Below, piece by piece: positions 58,092 through 64,000 of a DNA stretch of 64,000 nt. This stretch comes from Bacteroidota bacterium (GTDB taxonomy: Bacteria; Bacteroidota; Bacteroidia; Bacteroidales; PUMT01), in NCBI GenBank assembly GCA_037446695.1, contig JBBIHY010000001.1, positions 323,026 to 387,025 of the forward strand, in the 5' to 3' direction. The notes beneath the pieces are model-generated. The model saw nothing but the letters and a program-made list of their open reading frames with translations. It had not been told where the DNA came from and made no database searches. The first letter of the stretch is position 1. Each line of letters opens with the position of its first letter. A program made the position numbers and the translations under genes.

Positions 58092-58922
58092 ATGCATTTT
58101 ATTCAATTGGCATATTATGGTACCAGGCGACTGCTGTTTGCGGGTGTATCCGCAATCATTTTGTTTACATCCTGTACCGAACTGATTGATATCCGGTTGG
58201 ATGAAGGGGATGTTGTGATTGTGATAGAAGGGGAGATAAGCAATGAGCCCGGCCGGCACCTTGTAAAAGTGACCCGCAGTGCAGGGTATTTTGCTAACCA
58301 GCCTGCTCCAAGGGTAAGCGGGGCAACCGTATCAATTAATGATGGGGCCAATGTATACCTGCTAACCGAGGAAGAACCCGGCTATTATTATACCGGGGCA
58401 GATGTATTTGGTGAGCCCGGTAAAACCTATCAGCTCTCCGTAATCATTGACGGTACAGAATACAATGCAAGCAGCCAGATGAAACCTGTGATGCCCATTG
58501 ATTCTATTCAGTTTAGCCGCAGCGTGGAGCAGGATGGATACTGGGAGGTGCTGCTTTTTGCACAGGAGCCCGATACTCCCGGCGATTATTACATGTGGAG
58601 GTCTTACCGAAATGATACACTTCTTACCGATTCAATTTCCAAAATCATTTTTTTGGGTGATGATTTGATTAATGGGCGTTACCTGAACGGGCTCATTGTG
58701 CAGCAGGTGGAGGCTGAGCCGGGAGATGAAATTACCCTCGAAATGCTGGCCGTACCACAGGATTATTTTCAGTTCGTGCTAACACTCCTGATTGAATCCC
58801 GCTGGAGAGGAGGCCCCTTTGACGGACCGCCGGCAAATATTCGCGGCAATATATCCAATGGTGCGCTGGGTTTTTTTGTAGCCTATTCGCAGACAAGGGA
58901 GAAGCGAGTCCTACCTGAATAA
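58092..58922 (+). CDS. DUF4249 family lipoprotein (partner of the TonB-dependent receptor)
   Basis: 276 aa with lipoprotein signal ...ILFTSC. It starts 1 nt after the receptor stop. The size and VVIVIEGEISNEPGRHLVKVTRS block fit DUF4249. Confidence 0.65.
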   Translation: MHFIQLAYYGTRRLLFAGVSAIILFTSCTELIDIRLDEGDVVIVIEGEISNEPGRHLVKVTRSAGYFANQPAPRVSGATVSINDGANVYLLTEEEPGYYYTGADVFGEPGKTYQLSVIIDGTEYNASSQMKPVMPIDSIQFSRSVEQDGYWEVLLFAQEPDTPGDYYMWRSYRNDTLLTDSISKIIFLGDDLINGRYLNGLIVQQVEAEPGDEITLEMLAVPQDYFQFVLTLLIESRWRGGPFDGPPANIRGNISNGALGFFVAYSQTREKRVLPE

Positions 58923-58950
58923 AAAAGGAGACAAAAATTTCCTCCTTTCT
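58921..58950 (-). terminator. bidirectional terminator hairpin between DUF4249 and the dsbD-like gene
   Basis: AAAGGAG (58924-58930) pairs with CTCCTTT (58942-58948). On the minus strand the hairpin is followed by a U-rich run. Confidence 0.55.
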
Positions 58951-58955
58951 ATTGG

Positions 58956-60947
58956 TTAATTTCTGTTTTGAAATTCTTTTTTCCCCTCCTCCAGAAACTT
59001 CACAAATGCCTCCACATTCAAATCATACCCCCTGGGTTGATTGAGCAGGTTTTCCCCGTGGTCAACCAGTGCATAAAAAGGCTGGGTATTGGTATTGAAT
59101 TTTGTGATTTGATAATCCAGGTTTTTTTGTCCAATTGTTCTTTTTTCTCTTCCGTCAAAAGTGGAAACAATCCATTCATTCTCCGGTAAACGGGTGCGGT
59201 CATCCACATAGAGGGCTATAATTACATAATCGTTGCGCAGTATTTCCAGTACGCGTGGGTCAGACCACACCCGGGCTTCCATCACCTTGCAGTTGCTGCA
59301 GGCATGGCCAACAAAGTCTAAAAATACCGGCTTGTTGAGTTTGCGGGCACAATCCAGCCCCTGTTCAAGGTCAAAATAGCCGGTTAAACCGTGCGGCAGC
59401 GATAAAAATTCAGCATATTTGGGTGTTTCGCAAAGCTGATTGTCGGGTGTGGCTAAAGCAGTTCCGGTACCGCCCGACTGTATTATTTTTTGTAAATCAA
59501 AACTGTGGGTAGATCTGGCCGGAAGCATGGACGAAAGCCCTTTTAGCGGAGCACCAAACATACCTGGAATCATATATACAACAAATGAAAACACTGCAAT
59601 CGCAAGAAACAAACGGCCCACACCAATATAAGGCAGGTCGCTGTCATGTGAAAATCTGATTTTTCCGAGAAGGTATAAGCCCAGCATGGAAAAAATGACA
59701 ATCCAGATGGCCAGATAGATGTCTCTGGTGAGTATTCCAAACTGGTACACCTGGTCAACCGTAAGCAGGAATTTCATGCTAAAAGCCAGCACGATAAAGC
59801 CTAAAACTACTTTTACAGAATTTAGCCATCCACCTGATTTTGGGAGCTTATTCAGCCACGATGGGAAAATTGCGAATAGTGTAAAAGGCAGTGCAAATGC
59901 CAGTGAAAAACCGAACATGCCCAGGATGGGTTTTAATGTAAGCCCCCCGGCCGCCTCCACAAGCAGTGCACCTATAATGGGACCCACGCATGAGAGGGAG
60001 ACAATCACCAGGGTAAGTGCCATGAAAAATGATCCGATAAAACCACCCTTGTCGGCTTTCAGGTCTGTTTTATTAGCCAGGTTACCAGGCAGTACAATTT
60101 CAAACAGTCCAAAAAATGATGCAGCAAATGCAACAAACAGTATAAAAAATACCAGGTTGGGAATCCAGTGTGTACCTAACTGGTTTGCAAATCCTGCCCC
60201 CACACTTGTAAGTGAAACAAGGAAACCCAGCCCGGTATAAATGGCAATAATGGAAATTCCAAAAACCAATGCGTTAAGGATTGCATTCAGCCTGTTCCCC
60301 TGTTTTTGCATGAAGAAGGTAACTGTCATGGGTATCATGGGAAATACGCAGGGTGTTAGCAAACCTGCCAGCCCGGCTGCGAAGGCGATAAAGAAGAAAA
60401 TCCAGAGTGATCGGGAACCGGTATCTTCAAAAGGTGTAACAGGAATTTCAGTTGAAACAGTTACCTGAGCCACTGCGGGGGCAACACCCCTGTTTATTTC
60501 AAAAGAGAATTCAAGTTCTTTGGGTGGCGTACAGCGGGAGTCGTCGCAACTCATAAATTCATGAGTACCTTTTATAAAAAAATTCTTATTGCTGAGAATC
60601 CTTACCCTTTGTTTGAATTCGGCTTTAACATCAAACATTTTAATGGTCATGTTAAAGCTTGGATCAAACTTTGCATAAGGTTTGGTCACCTCCACAATCT
60701 CTCCAACCAGTTCATAAAACTCCGATTCATCAAAAAAGAAACTGGTGGGAATAGGTCCGTTTGCCGGTACATCCACCGAGTACAAATGCCAGTGTTCTTC
60801 AATTGCTGCGTGAAAAAACAGATCATACTCATTTTCAGAAGATTTTTCCAGGGAGTAGGTCCATTTTACGGGGTCCAGCACCTGGGCATTCAGCTTGCCA
60901 ATAAAAATTGAGAGTAAAAGAACGGTGAGTACTGATATTTTTCTCAT
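58956..60947 (-). CDS. dsbD: DsbD-family protein-disulfide reductase (CcdA-like membrane core + C-terminal thioredoxin domain)
   Basis: 663 aa with a signal peptide, an N-terminal periplasmic domain, a multi-TM core with LTPCVFPMIP and SCVGPIIG Cys motifs, and a C-terminal thioredoxin fold with HACSNCK. Confidence 0.85.
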   Translation of the reverse strand: MRKISVLTVLLLSIFIGKLNAQVLDPVKWTYSLEKSSENEYDLFFHAAIEEHWHLYSVDVPANGPIPTSFFFDESEFYELVGEIVEVTKPYAKFDPSFNMTIKMFDVKAEFKQRVRILSNKNFFIKGTHEFMSCDDSRCTPPKELEFSFEINRGVAPAVAQVTVSTEIPVTPFEDTGSRSLWIFFFIAFAAGLAGLLTPCVFPMIPMTVTFFMQKQGNRLNAILNALVFGISIIAIYTGLGFLVSLTSVGAGFANQLGTHWIPNLVFFILFVAFAASFFGLFEIVLPGNLANKTDLKADKGGFIGSFFMALTLVIVSLSCVGPIIGALLVEAAGGLTLKPILGMFGFSLAFALPFTLFAIFPSWLNKLPKSGGWLNSVKVVLGFIVLAFSMKFLLTVDQVYQFGILTRDIYLAIWIVIFSMLGLYLLGKIRFSHDSDLPYIGVGRLFLAIAVFSFVVYMIPGMFGAPLKGLSSMLPARSTHSFDLQKIIQSGGTGTALATPDNQLCETPKYAEFLSLPHGLTGYFDLEQGLDCARKLNKPVFLDFVGHACSNCKVMEARVWSDPRVLEILRNDYVIIALYVDDRTRLPENEWIVSTFDGREKRTIGQKNLDYQITKFNTNTQPFYALVDHGENLLNQPRGYDLNVEAFVKFLEEGKKEFQNRN

Positions 60948-61109
60948 GTCAATAGAAATTTCTTTTCGAAAGGAATTGCAAGTATAACAAAAGCATGAAA
61001 TATGAGCAACCCTAAAGCTTGATATATCTAAATTTTTAGATAATTTAACAGATTAGCCAATTGTAAAAAAAAACCAAAACATTTTTAAGACAACCAGGGA
61101 GCAAAAGAA

Positions 61110-62663
61110 CTATTCGTGAATCAGTTCTTCGTCAAGCGAATTAAAGAAATGATATTCCATGAAGGAATATGAGACAATTGGAATTACCTTCACGCTGCAG
61201 CCATAACGCATAGCCCATTTCCAGCGCAGAGAAGGTATTCCTTTTTTGATATAGGCAGCAATGTATGGATGCACCCTGAGGATTAAGCTTTTTATTTTCT
61301 TACTTTTTGCATAATATTCCAGCTGACTTTCAATAGTATCAACAAAAAGTACCGACGAAGAAATTTCGCCCGTACCAAGGCATGAAGGACATTTTTCAGC
61401 AGTGGTGATATTCATTTCAGGCCTCACACGCTGACGGGTAATCTGCATGAGTCCGAATTTACTGACCGGAAGAATATTATGCTTGGCCCTGTCCCTGTTC
61501 ATGAATTCCTTCATCTTATCATACAGAAGTTGCCTGTTTTCATTGGATTGCATATCAATGAAATCAATTACAATGATGCCGCCCATATCCCTCAGCCTTA
61601 GCTGTCTTGCAATTTCTTCAGCTGCCACGAGGTTCACTGAAATGGCGTTGCCTTCCTGGTTGTCTTCACTTTTTGACCGGTTTCCACTGTTCACGTCAAT
61701 TACATGAAGAGCTTCGGTATGTTCAACAATCAGGTAAGCACCGTTTCTGCAGGAAACAGTTTTTCCAAATAAACCTTTGATTTGCTTGGATATGCCGAAA
61801 TGGTCAAAAATAGGAAGCTCTTCCTTATAGAGCTTAACAATTTTTTCTTTTTCAGGTGCTATGGTAACAAGATACTCCCTTATTTCGTGGTAAATAACCT
61901 CGTCATTTACATAAATGTTATTGAATGAGGCATTAAGCATATCACGCAGAATGGCCGATGTTCTATCGAGCTCCTGCAAAACCAGTCTTGCGCCTGAACC
62001 GGTTTTTATTTTCTCGAAACTGGCCTCCCATTTTGCCTGCAGTCCTCTCAGCTCTGCATCCAGCAGTGCTACTTTTTTCCCTTCGGCTACCGTTCGAACA
62101 ATTACACCGTAGTTTTTTGGTTTGATACTCAAAAGCAACCTTTTCAGACGATTACGTTCTTCAGGCGAGGCAATTTTCTGCGACACGGATACCTTGTCGG
62201 AGAAAGGCATGAGTACCAGGTTCCTTCCTGCAATGGAAATCTCCGATGTTAATCTTGGACCCTTTGTGGAGATTGGTTCCTTTGCAATTTGCACGAGTAT
62301 TTGTTGTCCTGAATTTAAAAGGGTGCCTATTCTTCCGTTTTTGTCAATGTCCTTCTCAATTTTCATTTTGTGCATGAAAACGGACTTTTTACTCTTCGAC
62401 TGCAGAGCCTGAACGAAGTTATTCATGGTCTGGAACTGCGGTCCCAGGTCCAGGTAGTGCAGAAAGGCATCTTTGGAATAACCTACATCAACAAAGGCAG
62501 CATTCAACCCGGGCATAATTTTCTTCACCTTGCCCAGGTACATGTTTCCTACCGTAAATTCTACATTGCTTTTTTCCTTGTTTATTTCAACAAGTTGCTT
62601 GTTTTCAAGCAATGCAATTACAATTTCGGAGGAGGTTACATCTATGATAAGTTCTTTACTCAC
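61110..62663 (-). CDS. rng: Rne/Rng family ribonuclease (RNase G-like)
   Basis: 517 aa with an S1 domain (GNMYLGKVKKIMPGLNAAFVDVG), the catalytic DVNSG block (VIDVNSGNRS), IIVIDFIDM and the zinc-link CPSCLGTG. Confidence 0.9.
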   Translation of the reverse strand: MSKELIIDVTSSEIVIALLENKQLVEINKEKSNVEFTVGNMYLGKVKKIMPGLNAAFVDVGYSKDAFLHYLDLGPQFQTMNNFVQALQSKSKKSVFMHKMKIEKDIDKNGRIGTLLNSGQQILVQIAKEPISTKGPRLTSEISIAGRNLVLMPFSDKVSVSQKIASPEERNRLKRLLLSIKPKNYGVIVRTVAEGKKVALLDAELRGLQAKWEASFEKIKTGSGARLVLQELDRTSAILRDMLNASFNNIYVNDEVIYHEIREYLVTIAPEKEKIVKLYKEELPIFDHFGISKQIKGLFGKTVSCRNGAYLIVEHTEALHVIDVNSGNRSKSEDNQEGNAISVNLVAAEEIARQLRLRDMGGIIVIDFIDMQSNENRQLLYDKMKEFMNRDRAKHNILPVSKFGLMQITRQRVRPEMNITTAEKCPSCLGTGEISSSVLFVDTIESQLEYYAKSKKIKSLILRVHPYIAAYIKKGIPSLRWKWAMRYGCSVKVIPIVSYSFMEYHFFNSLDEELIHE

Positions 62664-62878
62664 AACGCCCTAAATTCATGAAGTTCAGTAATTTACCTCA
62701 CACCGGTTCGTCTTTTTAAGAATATGTTTCTGTAATAAGCCAAACTGGCAAAGCACCTGATCTTCCAATTTTAATTCAACAGACTAAAACAAGGGATTTA
62801 AAACAGATTAAACCTAAAGATAGGAGTCTTTAGGTTTAATGCATGAAGATGAATTGATTCAGCCTGAACAGCCAATCA

Positions 62879-62971
62879 CTATTTCTTCTTTTTATGTCTG
62901 TTTTTTCTCAAACGCTTTTTGCGCTTGTGAGTCGCCATCTTATGTCTTTTTCTCTTTTTCCCGCTTGGCAT
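62879..62971 (-). CDS. 30-aa Lys/Arg-rich protein, bS22/AURKAIP1-COX24-like small ribosomal protein candidate
   Basis: Below the ORF-track size cutoff. My minus-strand translation is MPSGKKRKRHKMATHKRKKRLRKNRHKKKK-TAG. I recall near-identical peptides annotated in Bacteroidota next to HU. Confidence 0.6.
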   Translation of the reverse strand: MPSGKKRKRHKMATHKRKKRLRKNRHKKKK

Positions 62972-62998
62972 AATAATTCCTTACTAGTTCGTTTTGTA

Positions 62999-63286
62999 TT
63001 ATTTCTTAATGTTCGACTTCACCTTGCTGATGAATGACTTGGAAGGTTTGAAAGCCGGAATAAAATGCTCAGGAATAATGATGGTAGTGTTCCTGGAAAT
63101 ATTACGGGCAGTTTTCTTTGCTCTTTTCTTTACAATAAAACTGCCAAATCCCCTCAGGTATACATTTTTTTCCCTGACGAGGGAATCTTTTACCGATTCC
63201 ATAAATGCTTCAACTGATCTCTGAACAGTAATTTTTTCAATTCCGGTGTTCTTGGAAATTTCGTTTACGATATCTGCCTTTGTCAT
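62999..63286 (-). CDS. hup: HU/IHF family DNA-binding protein
   Basis: 95 aa with the blocks MTKADIVNEISKNTGI...LRGFGSFIVKKRAKKTARNISRNTTIIIPEH typical of HU. Confidence 0.9.
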   Translation of the reverse strand: MTKADIVNEISKNTGIEKITVQRSVEAFMESVKDSLVREKNVYLRGFGSFIVKKRAKKTARNISRNTTIIIPEHFIPAFKPSKSFISKVKSNIKK

Positions 63287-63341
63287 TTTTAAAAAGCTTT
63301 AGTTATCAATTATTTAGACTATCAATTTTTTCTTCGGACTG

Positions 63342-63349
63342 CAAATATA
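63342..63349 (-). promoter_or_regulatory. candidate -7 promoter box (TATATTTG) for hup
   Basis: The minus strand reads TATATTTG, about 55 nt upstream of the hup start. Confidence 0.45.
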
Positions 63350-63384
63350 AAAGTTTTATGTTGATAAATGAAATACTTAATCAT

Positions 63385-63392
63385 TAATTTTG
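63385..63392 (+). promoter_or_regulatory. candidate -7 promoter box (TAATTTTG) for mutY
   Basis: Matches TAnnTTTG, 27 nt upstream of the GTG at 63420. Confidence 0.45.
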
Positions 63393-63419
63393 TCAATTAC
63401 CTGAAAAAAAATGATTTGA

Positions 63420-64000
63420 GTGAAGTTTGGCCCCGTTTTAATCGATTGGTACGAAAAAAACAAGCGTAATTTACCCTGGCGTTATACAAATGATCCATAC
63501 CTTATCTGGGTTTCTGAGGTAATTTTACAGCAGACCCGTGTCGCCAATGGTATAGAATATTACAACCGATTTATCAAAAGATTCCCTGATATCACATCCC
63601 TTGCAGAAGCGGACCCGGAACAGGTACTTAAAGAATGGCAGGGTATGGGTTATTATTCCCGGGCAAGAAATCTGCATGAAACTGCCAGGAGGGTCGTGAG
63701 TGATCATTCAGTTAAATTTCCTGATAAGTATGAGGATTTGGTAAAATTGAAGGGAATTGGTGAGTATACCGCTGCGGCTGTTTTATCCTTTTCATTTCAT
63801 AAACCCGTGCCTGTTGTTGACGGAAATGTTTACCGTATACTCAGCCGTGTTTTTGGAATAAATGATCCCATTGATACTGCCACAGGTAAGAAAAAATTCT
63901 ATGATCTCGCTCGTTCATTGATTGACATGAAGGAGCCGGGAATTTACAACCAGGCGATTATGGAATTTGGTGCCATTCAATGTGTTCCGGGTAAGCCTGA
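63420..64000 (+). CDS. mutY: A/G-specific adenine glycosylase (N-terminal part; continues past window end)
   Basis: Not in the ORF track. My translation from the GTG at 63420 is (M)KFGPVLIDWYEKNKRNLPWRYTNDPYLIWVSEVILQQTRVANGIEYYNRF...GYYSRARNLH...LKGIGEYTAAAVLSFSF...VDGNV. These include the HhH-GPD blocks of MutY. An in-frame TGA lies immediately upstream of the GTG. Confidence 0.88.
   Translation, partial: MKFGPVLIDWYEKNKRNLPWRYTNDPYLIWVSEVILQQTRVANGIEYYNRFIKRFPDITSLAEADPEQVLKEWQGMGYYSRARNLHETARRVVSDHSVKFPDKYEDLVKLKGIGEYTAAAVLSFSFHKPVPVVDGNVYRILSRVFGINDPIDTATGKKKFYDLARSLIDMKEPGIYNQAIMEFGAIQCVPGKP

Noticed and set aside
1-64000. CRISPR arrays, tRNA/rRNA genes, transposases, integrases, toxin-antitoxin or known defence-system genes
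   Set aside because: I found no regularly spaced repeats, and no intergenic stretch long enough and structured like a tRNA or rRNA. Every ORF of 150 aa or more is accounted for by a housekeeping or envelope family. A tRNAscan/Infernal run would still be needed to exclude small RNAs formally.

Overview
The window looks like a Bacteroidota chromosome segment. Evidence: TAnnTTTG -7 promoter boxes, a T9SS C-terminal sorting domain, DUF6089/DUF3078/DUF4249/DUF4924-type proteins, uppS-bamA-ompH-ompH-murI and nadK-CBS/pdxJ synteny, and a tiny bS22-like basic protein next to HU. The korAB 2-oxoglutarate:ferredoxin oxidoreductase suggests an anaerobe or facultative anaerobe. About 60 tightly packed genes are mostly housekeeping: tkt, ychF, prs, rplY, pth, engB, udk, manA, murI, uppS, bamA, nadK, pdxJ, lnt, rng, hup, mutY, dsbD-like, a two-component pair and an ECF sigma cluster. 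I recognised no rRNA, tRNA, CRISPR array, transposase or integrase. I do not see a clear new multi-gene system such as a defence locus. Five things are out of the ordinary. (1) A 2.9-kb AT-rich islet (46093-48972) is bracketed by a duplicated 36-bp terminator hairpin and carries a small wHTH gene, an FN3 lipoprotein gene and a small OM barrel gene. (2) The lipoprotein gene is one 581-codon frame (580 codons before its terminal TAA) interrupted by three in-frame stops (TGA, TAA, TAA) with no frameshift. (3) A ~720-codon CxxCH-motif gene (40778-42947) is broken by an in-frame TGA and at least one frameshift. (4) C8 and C9 homopolymer tracts lie inside one T9SS-sorted M14 peptidase gene. (5) Smaller oddities include an Ogt-DCC fusion, a YchF lacking the canonical switch I block, a fused O-/N-acyltransferase, several perfect palindromes, and a REP-like hairpin element. 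All coordinates and motifs come from reading the sequence by eye, and family assignments are from memory of conserved motifs, not from searches.
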